Assembly (NCBI GenBank): GCA_030696105.1
Contig: JAUYNJ010000004.1
Span: 77,872-141,871 of the forward strand
Direction: 5' to 3'
DNA: 64,000 bases
Origin: a bacterium
Lineage (GTDB): Bacteria > Patescibacteriota > Patescibacteriia > Patescibacteriales > UBA12465
Made by a program: the position numbers and the translations under genes. Shown here piece after piece: positions 29,687 through 40,943 of this stretch (the first letter of the stretch is position 1; each line of letters opens with the position of its first letter). The notes beneath the pieces are model-generated. The model worked only from the letters and a program-made list of their open reading frames with translations. It searched no databases and was not told the origin of the DNA.

Positions 29687-30733
29687 TTATTCAACAGTTT
29701 CGATGGTGGCAGTAGGCATCGCTTTCGTAGCGGCGCCGCCTTTGATATCGTCACGACCCCAGAAAGCACCCTGCACACAATCATAGCCAGCATCGTGATC
29801 CTTGTTGTCACCATAAGGGCGTCTCTCCATCCCCTGACTCGTACTAGAAGCGCGGAAAGTTGCACAGAAAGAAAAGCGGTCTTCCCCATCAAGGCGATAG
29901 ACAATTCTCTCCCCAGTTTCTGGATCAGTTTCGACGCGGGAATCATAATAAACATCACTGCTATTTTTAATTTCATCGAGTGACACTGGCAAACGACCGT
30001 ATTGTGAGTAATAGGTGTTAACGGAATTCTCAAGTTGATAAATATTATTCATGAGAATTGAATCAAGCCGTTTCGCCCGGGCGGTCGCTGGTGATTCCAC
30101 AAAGAACCAAGCAGACACAAAGACAGCGAGAACTAGTGCTGCTGAAATCCAGCCAAACAAAGTAATCACCTTATCTTTATTATCAACTGTCTTGCGCTTC
30201 ATGTCATAGAAGTAATATGAGAAGACGGCTGCGGCCATCACCAGCATGCTCGTGGCCTTCAGAATGAAGCGTGAAGTCATTTCACCAGACAGGAAATTAT
30301 TAATCACACTCACGAATACTCCAAGGATTATAACAGCCGCTACTAAAATAATAAGATAAGTGAGCCAACGGCGCAGCGGTGATTCCATCTCCAACTCTTT
30401 CTTACGTAAGCCCTTGATAATTAAGCGTGAGAGGAAGTAGTAAATCGGAGCAGCGATAAATAATGCAGAAATTGCAAAGCGCAGCTGACTGTCAACGCTA
30501 TCATAGGAATTAAAAGCAATCGCATCAGTCACGGTGCGGTCGATAATACCAAAGACTATCATCTGCACGGAGACGGCCGTGAAAATTAAAGCGGCTAAGG
30601 ACAGCAAGTAGTAAAAAGCGTACTTAGCGTTAATATTGTTTTGCATATTATTTTTTTCCTCTCGTATTGAAATAATCAAGGCAGCGGCGAGCAATACGAG
30701 AAAAGGAATTATTAAAAATCCGATGAAAGTCAT
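29687..30733 (-). CDS. DUF5671-like membrane protein
   Basis: LRRWLTYL, FL.GE.T.RF, SP..AR..RLD; true start may be the downstream MQNN. Confidence 0.75.
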   Translation of the reverse strand: MTFIGFLIIPFLVLLAAALIISIREEKNNMQNNINAKYAFYYLLSLAALIFTAVSVQMIVFGIIDRTVTDAIAFNSYDSVDSQLRFAISALFIAAPIYYFLSRLIIKGLRKKELEMESPLRRWLTYLIILVAAVIILGVFVSVINNFLSGEMTSRFILKATSMLVMAAAVFSYYFYDMKRKTVDNKDKVITLFGWISAALVLAVFVSAWFFVESPATARAKRLDSILMNNIYQLENSVNTYYSQYGRLPVSLDEIKNSSDVYYDSRVETDPETGERIVYRLDGEDRFSFCATFRASSTSQGMERRPYGDNKDHDAGYDCVQGAFWGRDDIKGGAATKAMPTATIETVE

Positions 30734-30748
30734 GATAAATATTATTGA

Positions 30749-32137
30749 TTAGAATTTTGCATTCTTAGGAGTACGCGGAAACGGAATGACGTCGCGGATG
30801 TTAGCCATGCCGCTTAAATACATAATCGCCCGTTCAAAACCGAGCCCGAAACCAGCATGTGGAATTGAACCATACTGACGCAGATCGAGATACCAGCGAT
30901 AATCCTCAGGATTCATGCCCATCTCACCAATGCGATTTTCAAGACGTTCATAACGCTCTTCGCGCTGTGAGCCTCCGATAATTTCACCAATTCCGGGAAC
31001 AAGCAAATCCATCGCTGCCACAGTTTTGCCGTCATCATTCTGACGCATATAGAAAGCCTTAATTTCTTTTGGATAATCAGTGAGGAACATCGGCTTGTTG
31101 AATATTTTTTCAGCTAAATAACGTTCGTGTTCAGTCTGTAAATCAATTCCCCAGCTAACCGGCACAGCAAACTTCTCGCCGCTCTTTTGTAGCAGTTCAA
31201 TCGCTTCCGTGTAAGTAATACGTCCGAAGTCAGCCGATACAATTGTCTTTAACCTTTCGATCAAACCGGTATCAATAAACTGGTTGAAAAATTCCATCTC
31301 TTCCGGTAGCTCGGTTAAAACATAATTAATTAAATATTTTAACATCCGCTCCGCTAAATCCATGTTATCTTTTAATTCAGCGAAAGCAACTTCCGGTTCA
31401 ATCATCCAGAACTCAGAGGCGTGACGGGTCGTATTCGAATTTTCGGCCCGGAAAGTTGGCCCGAAAGTATAGACCTTATTAAGACCCATAATTAAAGCCT
31501 CAGCATTTAGCTGTCCACTAACCGTAAGACCAGCTTTCTGCCCAAAGAAATCTTTAGCAAAATCAACTTCACCTTCTTTATTCTGAGGCACTTTTTTTAA
31601 ATTGAGGGTCGTGACGTGAAACATTTCACCGGCGCCTTCAGCATCGCTCGTCGAAATTACCGGTGTATGAACATAAGCAAAACCTTCTTCTTGGAAGAAT
31701 TTATGAATGGCGAAACTTAGAGCGGAGCGTAAACGGAAGACAGCTGTAAAAGTATTGCTGCGTGGGCGTAAATGTGCAATCTCGCGTAAGAATTCAAAGC
31801 TGTGTCTTTTTTTCTGTAAAGGATAATCTTCATTTGCTTCATTAATAATTACAACCGCCGAAGCCTTCATTTCAAAAGGCTGACCAGCAGCTGGTGAAGC
31901 AATGAGCTTGCCTTTTACTTCTAAGGATGAACCAATATTTACCTTCTCTAGAATTCCAAAATTCTCTAGGCTCTTATCAACTACCACCTGCAAGCCTTTA
32001 AAAAAGCTGCCGTCATTTAGTTCAATGAAAGCGACGTCGCCCGAAGAGCGAACCGTGCGCACCCAGCCAGCGACCACCAGCTCCTTATCAAGAAACTCGG
32101 CCGTTTCGCGATGAAATTGTTTTATCAATGTGTACAT
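30749..32137 (-). CDS. asnS: Asparagine--tRNA ligase
   Basis: [29 protein letters not shown]. Confidence 0.97.
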   Translation of the reverse strand: MYTLIKQFHRETAEFLDKELVVAGWVRTVRSSGDVAFIELNDGSFFKGLQVVVDKSLENFGILEKVNIGSSLEVKGKLIASPAAGQPFEMKASAVVIINEANEDYPLQKKRHSFEFLREIAHLRPRSNTFTAVFRLRSALSFAIHKFFQEEGFAYVHTPVISTSDAEGAGEMFHVTTLNLKKVPQNKEGEVDFAKDFFGQKAGLTVSGQLNAEALIMGLNKVYTFGPTFRAENSNTTRHASEFWMIEPEVAFAELKDNMDLAERMLKYLINYVLTELPEEMEFFNQFIDTGLIERLKTIVSADFGRITYTEAIELLQKSGEKFAVPVSWGIDLQTEHERYLAEKIFNKPMFLTDYPKEIKAFYMRQNDDGKTVAAMDLLVPGIGEIIGGSQREERYERLENRIGEMGMNPEDYRWYLDLRQYGSIPHAGFGLGFERAIMYLSGMANIRDVIPFPRTPKNAKF

Positions 32138-32148
32138 ATTTAGAATAA

Positions 32149-33453
32149 TTATGGTCTTAGGCGCTTAACATCACGGGGCAAGAAACAAACTTCCTTGACG
32201 TTATCGGCATTCACAATTTTCATCACTAAACGAGCTGGGCCGATGCCGACGCCGCCATGAGGCGGACAACCGAAGCGGAAAAAATTAAAGTAGTCTTCGA
32301 GCTCTTCCAATTTCATCTCCTTCTCCACGGCCTGCGCCTTCAAGATATCAAGGCGATGTTCACGCTGTGCCCCAGTTGTTACTTCCACGCCGCGATAGAG
32401 TAAGTCGAAGCTTTTTGTTAAGCCTGGATTATTTTCGTGGCGCATGTGATAAAAAGGACGAGCAGCAATTGGATAATCAGTGATAAAGACAAAGTCGTGA
32501 TTCTGCTCTTCTTTTACCAGGCGGCAAATTTCTCTTTCTTCTTCAGGCGATAAATCGTGATCTTTTTCACTTTTAATACCAGCACCTTTCAATTTCTCCT
32601 TCGCTTCCGCTAAGGTCATTTTAGGGAAAGGCAAGATTGGAGTTTCAACATCAAGTCCCATGCCCTCTAACTTCGCAAATCCGGATGCTAAGGCGCGTTC
32701 TTCTTGCGCCATAATATCGTGGTGCGAGTCGATGTAGGCAAATTCAAAATCCCAGCCGGTAAATTCAGTTACGTGACGACTAGTGTAGGAGGCTTCCGCA
32801 CGGAAGACAGGACCGCTGATAAATACTTTTTCAAAACCCGCCGCTATTGCCATCTGCTTGAAGAATTGTGGTGATTGTGAGAGATAGGCTTTGCGATTAA
32901 AATATTTTACCTCAAAAACTTCCGATCCAGTTTCACTAGCGGTATTCATTAAAGACGGTGTATATATCTGTGTAAATTCTTCTTTGAGTAATTGTTCTCT
33001 AAAACCTTCCTCTAACTTTGTCCAAACCTGGAAGATGACGCGATGTTCCGGACGACGTAAGTCGAGCCAACGCCAATCAAGGCGATTTTCTAAATTCGCC
33101 TCATTATCAATTTTATTCATGACCGGTATCGGCAGCGCCGCATCGGCTAAACTAAGTATTTCAAGTGATGATAATAGTAACTCGTAATCAGCAACCGGAT
33201 TGGGATCGTTTTTCTTGGCTGGCTTTTCTTTAAGTTCGCCGGTAACGCGAATGACGCTTTCAAGGGTCAAAGTTTCAGCGGCCTTAAAAGAGTCGCCAAT
33301 TTTCTCTTCGACCACTAGCTGCATATTGCCTGAAATATCTCTTAAATCAATAAAAGCTAATCCCTTCATCAAACGCAGATTCTGAACAAATCCGGCAACG
33401 ACAACGGAACCGCTTTTTTGGGCTTTGGCGGCGGCAATGCTAACTCTTGACAT
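32149..33453 (-). CDS. aspS: Aspartate--tRNA ligase, archaeal/eukaryotic-type (no GAD insert)
   Basis: [25 protein letters not shown]; 434 aa. Confidence 0.92.
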   Translation of the reverse strand: MSRVSIAAAKAQKSGSVVVAGFVQNLRLMKGLAFIDLRDISGNMQLVVEEKIGDSFKAAETLTLESVIRVTGELKEKPAKKNDPNPVADYELLLSSLEILSLADAALPIPVMNKIDNEANLENRLDWRWLDLRRPEHRVIFQVWTKLEEGFREQLLKEEFTQIYTPSLMNTASETGSEVFEVKYFNRKAYLSQSPQFFKQMAIAAGFEKVFISGPVFRAEASYTSRHVTEFTGWDFEFAYIDSHHDIMAQEERALASGFAKLEGMGLDVETPILPFPKMTLAEAKEKLKGAGIKSEKDHDLSPEEEREICRLVKEEQNHDFVFITDYPIAARPFYHMRHENNPGLTKSFDLLYRGVEVTTGAQREHRLDILKAQAVEKEMKLEELEDYFNFFRFGCPPHGGVGIGPARLVMKIVNADNVKEVCFLPRDVKRLRP

Positions 33454-33589
33454 ATTTTAAAAAATTAATTACAAAACCTCGCTTACTTAAGCTATTTTAC
33501 CTCTAAATCTTATCGCAATTCCCTGTTTTTAGCAAGTTGAAAAGCTGGGCGAGAGATGTAATTATTTCTAGAAAATATGATGAAAATGA

Positions 33590-34324
33590 CTAAGATTCGT
33601 TCCAGTTGAGCAGGCGCAAATTGAGGTTTTCCCACTCTTTCAATAATCGTGGCGAAAACTTCATATTTTTCACCCCATTACCGTCAACTAAGCGCAGTAA
33701 TTTAATCATGTTATCTGATACGGGAATTAATGATCCATTTACCACCTCTTGTCTCGGCTTGTCAGCACAGGCATCACAAATTAGTCCACCAAGAGAAACA
33801 TCGAAACGGTTCCGCCCGGCACTGAGTATGCCCTCACAAGACACGCATTTATCCAAACGTGGCCCAAAACCAAGCAGTGCCAGTAAGCGCCAACTAAAAA
33901 GCGCTAAGCGAAAGCGTCCGTCCTGCTTATCGAGCTTTTCGCCTGCTGCATCAAGATTACTCAGCCACTTCTCTAGCCAGGCAAATAATTCCGGATCAGG
34001 CTGAGCCTCTCTTACCAAACGATTAAAAAGCATGAAGGCTTGCCCGGCAAAATATAATTTATTTAAATCCTGCTTAATGCCAAGATATGGTTCTTCAATG
34101 ACGGCGGCGCCTACATAATCGTAGCCCTTCCCTTTCACCACTAAAAAGTTACTCAAGGTAATGGGCTCGAGGTGGGCTGCTAGCTTAGAGCCCATTTTAC
34201 GAGCCCCTCTTGCTAACAAGTTCAAACGACCGTGATCGGGTGTATAAACAGAAACGAGGCGGTCAGCCTCGCGCCAGTCACGTCTATTTAGAATTATTCC
34301 CCGCGTTGGGAAAGTTGACTCCAT
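33590..34324 (-). CDS. recO: DNA repair protein RecO
   Basis: EADR..YT..G...ARGARK; CxxC...CxxC. Confidence 0.93.
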   Translation of the reverse strand: MESTFPTRGIILNRRDWREADRLVSVYTPDHGRLNLLARGARKMGSKLAAHLEPITLSNFLVVKGKGYDYVGAAVIEEPYLGIKQDLNKLYFAGQAFMLFNRLVREAQPDPELFAWLEKWLSNLDAAGEKLDKQDGRFRLALFSWRLLALLGFGPRLDKCVSCEGILSAGRNRFDVSLGGLICDACADKPRQEVVNGSLIPVSDNMIKLLRLVDGNGVKNMKFSPRLLKEWENLNLRLLNWNES

Positions 34325-34333
34325 ATAAATAAA

Positions 34334-34726
34334 TTAATCAACCAAATCAAGATAATCTTGTAAAAATAAGGCTGCAGCCACCTCATCACGTCCGGCCTTG
34401 TCTCGTTTTTCGCCCGACAAAGCATCAACCGCCTTACTCGACAATCTTTCATCAACCTCTATTACCGGCACCGCTGACTTTGCTTTTAATTCTTTTAAAA
34501 AGTTTAAATACAAAGGATTGGACGCGACCGCGCCGCCCATCTTCCGCGGTGAACCGATAATAACTAAACCAATATCCTCAGAAATAATAATACTTAGCAG
34601 TGATTTCAAATCAGGGACCGTTTTAAAGGGCAAAGCCATACGCGTTTCCGCGTCCGCCAAAGCCAGTCCAATGCGTTTTTCGCCCCAGTCCACACCAAGA
34701 TATTGTTGTCCTTCTTCGATTTCCAT
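34334..34726 (-). CDS. ruvX: YqgF/RuvX nuclease
   Basis: GVDWGEKRIGLA, DERLSS, D.VAA..LQ. Confidence 0.93.
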   Translation of the reverse strand: MEIEEGQQYLGVDWGEKRIGLALADAETRMALPFKTVPDLKSLLSIIISEDIGLVIIGSPRKMGGAVASNPLYLNFLKELKAKSAVPVIEVDERLSSKAVDALSGEKRDKAGRDEVAAALFLQDYLDLVD

Positions 34727-35560
34727 TTATTCAAGCGTTAAAATGCTATAACCATCTTCAGTAACAGCAATAGTATGTTCATAATGAGCGCTTAGTGATT
34801 TATCAGCACTGAGAATTGTAAAACCGTTGTCTGCGACTGTAATCTCATGAGTGCCAATATTAATCATCGGTTCAATACAAATAACCATACCCGCCTTTAA
34901 CTCTAAATTCGCGCGCGAGCGGGGATTAATGCGGTAGTGATAAACATCGGGTAACTCGTGGGCGAAGTAACCGACACCGTGACCGACAAGGTCACGCACG
35001 ACCCCATAGCCGGCGTTTTCAGCTATTGTGTGCACTGTATCACCAATATCATTTAAAGTTGCGCCTGGGCGAACTTTCTTAATTGCGGCTTCAAGACATT
35101 CTTTCGTTACTTTCATTAACCGCTTCGCCTCTTTACTAATTTCACCAACCGCCACTGTTGTACAGGTGTCAGTGTAATAGCCGCCGCCTAGAGAATGAGG
35201 ATTAGTCGGCAGTCCATGCTGCTCACGCAGCTCGGGCTTTACCGGCCACTCCATGCCGATATCAAGATCAATAATATCACCTTCCTTCAAAATGCGGCCA
35301 GGAATAGCCGCGCCGTGAACAACCTCATCGTTAATTGAGGCACAAATAGCCGATGGAAAATATATTTCACCGCCCATCGGGTAATCTTTAAAAGCCGGAC
35401 GACCGCCTGCATCTTTTATCATTTTTAAGAGACTAGCTTCAAGTTCAGCCGTATCTACGCCAGGCTTCACCGCCTCCTTGAGGCGTCTTAAAAAGCCAGC
35501 CAAAAGACGTCCGCCTAAACGGATGGCTTCAATCTCTTCTTTTGTCTTTATATAAATCAT
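34727..35560 (-). CDS. map: Methionine aminopeptidase type I
   Basis: SINDEVVHG, GHGVG..HE.P, IEPM, SAHYEHT. Confidence 0.96.
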   Translation of the reverse strand: MIYIKTKEEIEAIRLGGRLLAGFLRRLKEAVKPGVDTAELEASLLKMIKDAGGRPAFKDYPMGGEIYFPSAICASINDEVVHGAAIPGRILKEGDIIDLDIGMEWPVKPELREQHGLPTNPHSLGGGYYTDTCTTVAVGEISKEAKRLMKVTKECLEAAIKKVRPGATLNDIGDTVHTIAENAGYGVVRDLVGHGVGYFAHELPDVYHYRINPRSRANLELKAGMVICIEPMINIGTHEITVADNGFTILSADKSLSAHYEHTIAVTEDGYSILTLE

Positions 35561-35562
35561 AA

Positions 35563-35859
35563 TTAACCCTTAAAACCGTCAGTGAACTTTTTAATGGCCT
35601 TCAAATCTAGTAACGTTAAGTCTAGTTTCAACCGGTCACGATGAAGTCTGTACAAATCCTGCCTAATACTATAATCGGAAATGCCAATACCCTTTCGAAT
35701 CTTCTCTTTATATTCTAAAACTAGGTCGAGTACAACCTTCTTATTCTTTTCGCTCAGATTTCGATACTGATAATTTTTACGAACTAAGTCATTCAAACGT
35801 CTTTCAATTACGTAATGAGGTTGGCCCTGAATGTCCTTAAAAAAGTCTTTTAAATCCAT
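35563..35859 (-). CDS. Hypothetical protein in the usual adk position
   Basis: 98 aa, basic and helical; no P-loop. Confidence 0.75.
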   Translation of the reverse strand: MDLKDFFKDIQGQPHYVIERRLNDLVRKNYQYRNLSEKNKKVVLDLVLEYKEKIRKGIGISDYSIRQDLYRLHRDRLKLDLTLLDLKAIKKFTDGFKG

Positions 35860-35898
35860 AATATTTGCTTTATATCACAATTATTACTTGATTATAGC

Positions 35899-35928
35899 AC
35901 AAAAATGTAGCGTTCGCTACATTTTTGT
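35899..35928. terminator. Perfect 14-bp-arm palindrome terminating the secY transcript
   Basis: ACAAAAATGTAGCG-TT-CGCTACATTTTTGT. Confidence 0.8.
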
Positions 35929-35955
35929 AAAGTATAATCGAATTGATTTTAAAGT

Positions 35956-37227
35956 TTAGAGGCCATCGTATTCACGCATAGTGAGCTGTGACTCAATTTG
36001 TTTAACCGTTTCAATAACAACAGAAACCACGATGAGTAAACTGGTGCCGCCAATAGCGAGTGACTGCAAGCCGGTGAAATATTGCATTATCAGTGGCAAG
36101 ACCGCAATGAGCGCTAAGAATAATGCGCCAACGAAGATAATGCGGTGAGCAGTGAAAGACAGATAATCAGCTGTCGGCTTACCCGGGCGAATGCCAGGAA
36201 TGAAGCCGCCTTGCTTCTGTAAGTTCTCAGAAATACGATCTGGGTGGAAGACAACTTCGGTATAGAAGAAAGTGAAAGCAAATACTAGTAAGAAATAGAT
36301 GATGCCGTAAAATAGCTGATTATTGAAGAGCGTGATTACCTGTGTCGCCAAGTTTGCAATCCAAGCCGAGCGAGCCTGCACAAAGAACTGTGCAATCATC
36401 GGTGGGAATAAGACAACGGAGATGGCAAAGATAATTGGGATAACCCCGGCCATATTCACGCGCAAAGGCAAGTGCGTACTAGAGCCACCAAAAGTGCGGT
36501 TACCGCGGATTTGACGAGCATACTGAACCGGAATATTACGCTGACCTTCATTGATGATAACAACACCAACAACGGTTAAGATAGCAATAACGATGAAACC
36601 GATGAAAGTAAAGAGTTGAGTCTGATCGTAACTGACAATTGCCTGTTGAATTTGCTGCGGGAAAGCGGCAACGATGCCGGCGAAGATAAGTAAGGAGATA
36701 CCGTTACCAACTTTCTTTTCAGAAATAAGTTCACCAATCCACATCAAGAAGATAGTACCGGCTGATATGGTGATGATAATGGAAATAAAATTAAAAGGGC
36801 TAATAGCTCCTAAGATGCCCTGACTTGAGCCCTGTAGCAGGGTGATCATGCCGTAAGCCTGCATCGCAGCGAGTGGTACAGTGGCCCAGCGAGTCCACAT
36901 ATTAATCTTCTGTCTACCACTTTCTTCCTTCTGCATCTCTTCAATCTTGGGAGAAATCATGCCGAGTAGCTGGAAGATAATGGAGGCGGTGATGTAGGGA
37001 CCAATACCCATCAAGACGATGGAAAAGTTTTCCATGCCACCACCAGAGAAGATATTCATTAAACCTAACACCTGATTGGAAGCAAATAAGTTCTTTAAAG
37101 CGACTGCATCGACTCCTGGAACCGGGATGTGAGCGGCCAAACGGAAGATGACAAGCATGGCAAGCACAAAGAGTACGCTGTTGCGTAAATCTTTCACCTT
37201 CCAAATTTGTTGCAATTTATGAAACAT
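35956..37227 (-). CDS. secY: Preprotein translocase SecY
   Basis: GIGPYITASII, GNGISL.IF, IPGIRPG. Confidence 0.98.
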   Translation of the reverse strand: MFHKLQQIWKVKDLRNSVLFVLAMLVIFRLAAHIPVPGVDAVALKNLFASNQVLGLMNIFSGGGMENFSIVLMGIGPYITASIIFQLLGMISPKIEEMQKEESGRQKINMWTRWATVPLAAMQAYGMITLLQGSSQGILGAISPFNFISIIITISAGTIFLMWIGELISEKKVGNGISLLIFAGIVAAFPQQIQQAIVSYDQTQLFTFIGFIVIAILTVVGVVIINEGQRNIPVQYARQIRGNRTFGGSSTHLPLRVNMAGVIPIIFAISVVLFPPMIAQFFVQARSAWIANLATQVITLFNNQLFYGIIYFLLVFAFTFFYTEVVFHPDRISENLQKQGGFIPGIRPGKPTADYLSFTAHRIIFVGALFLALIAVLPLIMQYFTGLQSLAIGGTSLLIVVSVVIETVKQIESQLTMREYDGL

Positions 37228-37269
37228 AAATCTAAATTATTATGTTAATCTGGCAAAAAGCCAAATATC

Positions 37270-37686
37270 TTAAGCAGATATCTGGCCCTTGACTGTCTCG
37301 CTCATAGCTACGCCTTCAAACTTAGCCTTGACTGTCAATTTCTGTTTACCAAGAATTTTTACTGGCTTACTTGCGCTTTTAATCAAATCTTTTTGATATA
37401 AAGCCTCAGGATTTACTGTTTCGCCGTCTTTGAAATTGGAGTTTACAGCACTGATAGAAACAACTTGATTTTTAGGCTGTAGTGAACGGAAACCACGGGA
37501 CTTTGGAGTCTGTAAAAGCTGCTGGCGCATACCGAGGCGTTTTAAGCCGCTGACGCCGGAGCGAGATTTCTGTCCTTTCAACCCGCGGGTACTGTAAGTA
37601 CCATGGCCGGAGGAATTACCGCGACCAACGCGCTTTCTCTTTGTAGTAGCGCCGACAGAGCGCTTAATATTATTCAGTGACAGCAT
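37270..37686 (-). CDS. rplO: 50S ribosomal protein L15
   Basis: RVGRGNSSGHG..S.RG.KGQKSR. Confidence 0.96.
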   Translation of the reverse strand: MLSLNNIKRSVGATTKRKRVGRGNSSGHGTYSTRGLKGQKSRSGVSGLKRLGMRQQLLQTPKSRGFRSLQPKNQVVSISAVNSNFKDGETVNPEALYQKDLIKSASKPVKILGKQKLTVKAKFEGVAMSETVKGQISA

Positions 37687-37712
37687 ATAATTTATAATTA
37701 TCTTAAATTCGC

Positions 37713-38393
37713 TTATTTTTTGGCAGCAACTTTTTTATCTGCAGCCTTAGGCTTGTCGCTTTCGGCAGTAGGGGCATCCTTAACAGCTTCGACTTCCTTC
37801 ACTTTCGCTTTCTTGTCGCTAACACGGAGACTGGATAAAGCGGCAATAGTACAACGAGCGTTATTAATTTTATTGTTAGTGCCTAATACTTTACTGGTAA
37901 CATTCTTAATGCCAGCGAGTTCTAAGATCACGCGAGCCACGCCACCGGCGATAACACCACGACCCTGCTTAGCTGGTTTAAATACAATGGAAGCGGCACC
38001 GAGTTTCTGGCGAACAACATGAGGAATAGTTTCGTTTACAACTGGAACTTTAATCATCACTTTTTTCGCGCGGTTAACAGCTTTGTTTACAGCCATAGTA
38101 ACATCGGCGCCTTTGCCGAGACCAATCCCGACACTGCCCTTCTTGTCACCAATAGCAACACAAGCGCGGAAACTCATACGCTTACCGCCACCCATGACAC
38201 GAGTCACACGAGCGATTTCCAAAATGCGCTGCTCAAATTCATCGCGCTGGTCATCACGACCGCGACGATTATCACGACGAGGAGCTCGGCCACCGCGCTG
38301 CTGGCGCTTGTCACCGTAAATGTCCTTCGCGACGACTGCAGCTACTTCAGTGCTGGTGTCTTCAGTTTTTGTTGTTTTGTTATCATCTGCCAT
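37713..38393 (-). CDS. rpsE: 30S ribosomal protein S5
   Basis: RVTRVMGGGKRMSF. Confidence 0.97.
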   Translation of the reverse strand: MADDNKTTKTEDTSTEVAAVVAKDIYGDKRQQRGGRAPRRDNRRGRDDQRDEFEQRILEIARVTRVMGGGKRMSFRACVAIGDKKGSVGIGLGKGADVTMAVNKAVNRAKKVMIKVPVVNETIPHVVRQKLGAASIVFKPAKQGRGVIAGGVARVILELAGIKNVTSKVLGTNNKINNARCTIAALSSLRVSDKKAKVKEVEAVKDAPTAESDKPKAADKKVAAKK

Positions 38394-38418
38394 ATATAGA
38401 ATCTTATTGCTAATTAGT

Positions 38419-38778
38419 TTAGAAAACTAAGCCCTGTTCACGAGCGCCGTCAGCGACTGCTTTCACGCGACCATGGTAACGATAGGCGCCGCGATCAAAC
38501 ACAATGGCAGTTACACCCGCTTTCATCGCCTTCTCCGCAATTAACTTACCTAAGGAATTTGCAGTTTCAGTCTTGCTCAAGCCTTTGCCTTTAAGTTCAC
38601 GTGCGTGGGCACTAACTAAAGTGCGACCAGCGACGTCATCTACGAGCTGTAAGTACATGCCACGATTCGAGCGAAACACGTTCAAACGCGGTCTCTCTGC
38701 GGAACCGTTGATTTTGGCACGGACGCGTCCAGCGCGGCGGGCGACACGAGCTTTTTTCTTTTTGATAACATTCATCAT
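38419..38778 (-). CDS. rplR: 50S ribosomal protein L18
   Basis: RPRL.VFRSN, FDRG.Y.YHGRV. Confidence 0.97.
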   Translation of the reverse strand: MMNVIKKKKARVARRAGRVRAKINGSAERPRLNVFRSNRGMYLQLVDDVAGRTLVSAHARELKGKGLSKTETANSLGKLIAEKAMKAGVTAIVFDRGAYRYHGRVKAVADGAREQGLVF

Positions 38779-38798
38779 ATAGTTAAATCACAATTGCC

Positions 38799-39338
38799 TT
38801 ATTTTTTAGCGGCAGTCTTACCGGCCTTGCGGCGCAAGGTCTCATCAGAGTATTTCACACCCTTACCCTTATAAGGTTCTGGAGCACGAAGTTTTCTGAT
38901 TTTATATGCGGTATTGCCTAAAAGTTCATTATCGATACAAGTAAGGGTGATTGAATTACCTTCAACGACTGCGCTAACGCCAGTTGGCAGTGGGAAAATA
39001 ATCGGGTGAGAATAGCCGAGATTCAGATTTAAATTTGTGCCGCTTAAAGCCGCACGATAACCAACACCGTTAATTTCTAATTTTTTTGTAAAGCCGGTTT
39101 TAACACCAGTCACCATGTTACTCGCAAGAGTACGGAACAAGCCCCAGTAAGCGCTAGCATCCTTTGCTTCGCGATCAACAGTTACAGTCAAAACGCCGTC
39201 AGCAATAGTCACTGAAGCAGGAGCTTTGATTTCCCTTTTGAGCTCACCTTTTGGACCTTTAACAGTCAGAAGGGTGCCTTCAAAAGTGGCGGTTACGCCT
39301 TCAGGCAAGTTAATTGGCATTTTTCCTAATCGAGACAT
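38799..39338 (-). CDS. rplF: 50S ribosomal protein L6
   Basis: PEPYKGKG. Confidence 0.97.
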   Translation of the reverse strand: MSRLGKMPINLPEGVTATFEGTLLTVKGPKGELKREIKAPASVTIADGVLTVTVDREAKDASAYWGLFRTLASNMVTGVKTGFTKKLEINGVGYRAALSGTNLNLNLGYSHPIIFPLPTGVSAVVEGNSITLTCIDNELLGNTAYKIRKLRAPEPYKGKGVKYSDETLRRKAGKTAAKK

Positions 39339-39395
39339 ATGTTCTTAGCGCGGCGCCGGATATAAACTGTTTACATGGGCTACCTGCTGCATTAG

Positions 39396-39806
39396 TTAGT
39401 ACACTTCACCGACAAGCTCTCCGCCAACCTTCTGCCGACGAGCTTCTCTATTAGTCATCATACCGGAGGAGGTTGATAAGATAGCAATACCGAAATTATT
39501 TAAAATTGTTGGAATTTCATCCTTGCCAACGTAAACCCTAGCGCCTGACTTACTGATGCGTTTAATACCATTGATATGTGATTTGCCATTCTTCTGGTAT
39601 TTCAAAACAAGCTTCAGTTGGTCAAACTGGGTGCGACGGCCACTGAGACCGCCGGCAACGATTTCGGCACGGCTAATCCAGCCTTCCTTTTCCAAAATCT
39701 TGGCGATTTCATATTTCATTTTACTCATCGGCATCGACACCTCGCCCTTGCGGACCGCGGCGGCGTTGCGGATTCTTGTAAACATGTCTGCGATGGGATC
39801 TGTCAT
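39396..39806 (-). CDS. rpsH: 30S ribosomal protein S8
   Basis: MTDPIADM.TRIRNA. Confidence 0.97.
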   Translation of the reverse strand: MTDPIADMFTRIRNAAAVRKGEVSMPMSKMKYEIAKILEKEGWISRAEIVAGGLSGRRTQFDQLKLVLKYQKNGKSHINGIKRISKSGARVYVGKDEIPTILNNFGIAILSTSSGMMTNREARRQKVGGELVGEVY

Positions 39807-39843
39807 ATTTTTATTCTATGTTTAGATAATATTGGCGGCCGAA

Positions 39844-40029
39844 TTACCAGCTGGATTTCTTGATGCCCGGCAAGTCGCCGTTATCGGCTAATTCGCGGAA
39901 GCAGATACGACATAAACCAAAATCACGCATAAAGCCGTGGATGCGGCCGCAGCGCCAGCAACGGTTAATCTTGCGGGTGGAAAATTTTGGTTTGCGCTTC
40001 GCTTTAACGATGAGAGCTGTTCTTGCCAT
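39844..40029 (-). CDS. rpsN: 30S ribosomal protein S14, zinc type
   Basis: RC.RCGR..CRICFR. Confidence 0.97.
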   Translation of the reverse strand: MARTALIVKAKRKPKFSTRKINRCWRCGRIHGFMRDFGLCRICFRELADNGDLPGIKKSSW

Positions 40030-40042
40030 ATATATATTTAAA

Positions 40043-40588
40043 TTATTTTTCGTCCTTTTTGAAAGGGAAACCGAAGGCGGTAAATAAGGCTAAGCCCTCT
40101 GCCCTGGTCTTGGCACTAGTATTGATACTAATCTCTAAACCATAGACCTGATCGATATCTTCAGCACGTAATTCTGGGAAAGCGGAGTAATCTTTGAAGC
40201 CAACAGTCATATTACCAGTGCGGTCGATGCCTTTATCGCTAATACCGCGGAAATCGCGTACGCGCGGGAAAGTCACCTGCACCAATTTTTCAACGAAGTC
40301 ATACATGCGATCACCTCTTAAGGTAGCGACAGCACCGATAACCTGTCCTTGGCGTAATTTGAAAGCGGAAATTGATTTCTTCGCCTTGGTCATGATTGGC
40401 TTTTGTCCACTAATTTTAGTGAGGCTCTTTTCAATTGTTGCAATCGCTTCCTTTTCCTTAGCATGCTTGCCGAAACCAATGTTGATTACGACTTTTTGCA
40501 AACGAGGAACTAAGAGGCTGTTCTTATAAGAGAACTGCTCCTTAAGTTGTGGTACGATTTCTTTTTGGTATTTTGCTTTTAAGCTCAT
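40043..40588 (-). CDS. rplE: 50S ribosomal protein L5
   Basis: PRVRDFRG. Confidence 0.97.
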   Translation of the reverse strand: MSLKAKYQKEIVPQLKEQFSYKNSLLVPRLQKVVINIGFGKHAKEKEAIATIEKSLTKISGQKPIMTKAKKSISAFKLRQGQVIGAVATLRGDRMYDFVEKLVQVTFPRVRDFRGISDKGIDRTGNMTVGFKDYSAFPELRAEDIDQVYGLEISINTSAKTRAEGLALFTAFGFPFKKDEK

Positions 40589-40598
40589 AGAATTGAGG

Positions 40599-40919
40599 TT
40601 ACTCGATTACGGTCTGACATTTCTTACAGACACGATATTTTTTTGTGCCCTTCTCTCCTTCGACAACCTTGGCGCCGACACGTGTCTGACGACCACAGGA
40701 AGGACAGATTAATGCAACGTTCGAGGCATTAATGAAAGCCGGAAATTCAATGCGCTGACCCTTTTCGCCTTCGCGATTAGGACGCATGTGTTTGACGAGG
40801 AGGTTAAGGCCTTCGATGCTGACCTTCCCTTCCTTCGGTAAAACCTGCAAAACCTTACCGGTCTTGCCGCTATCTTTACCGGCCAATATTTTTACATTGT
40901 CATTTTTCTTGATATGCAT
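40599..40919 (-). CDS. rplX: 50S ribosomal protein L24
   Basis: KOW motif GKD.GKTGKV. Confidence 0.96.
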   Translation of the reverse strand: MHIKKNDNVKILAGKDSGKTGKVLQVLPKEGKVSIEGLNLLVKHMRPNREGEKGQRIEFPAFINASNVALICPSCGRQTRVGAKVVEGEKGTKKYRVCKKCQTVIE

Positions 40920-40943
40920 ATGTTCGATTCGTTAGGCTCTAAA

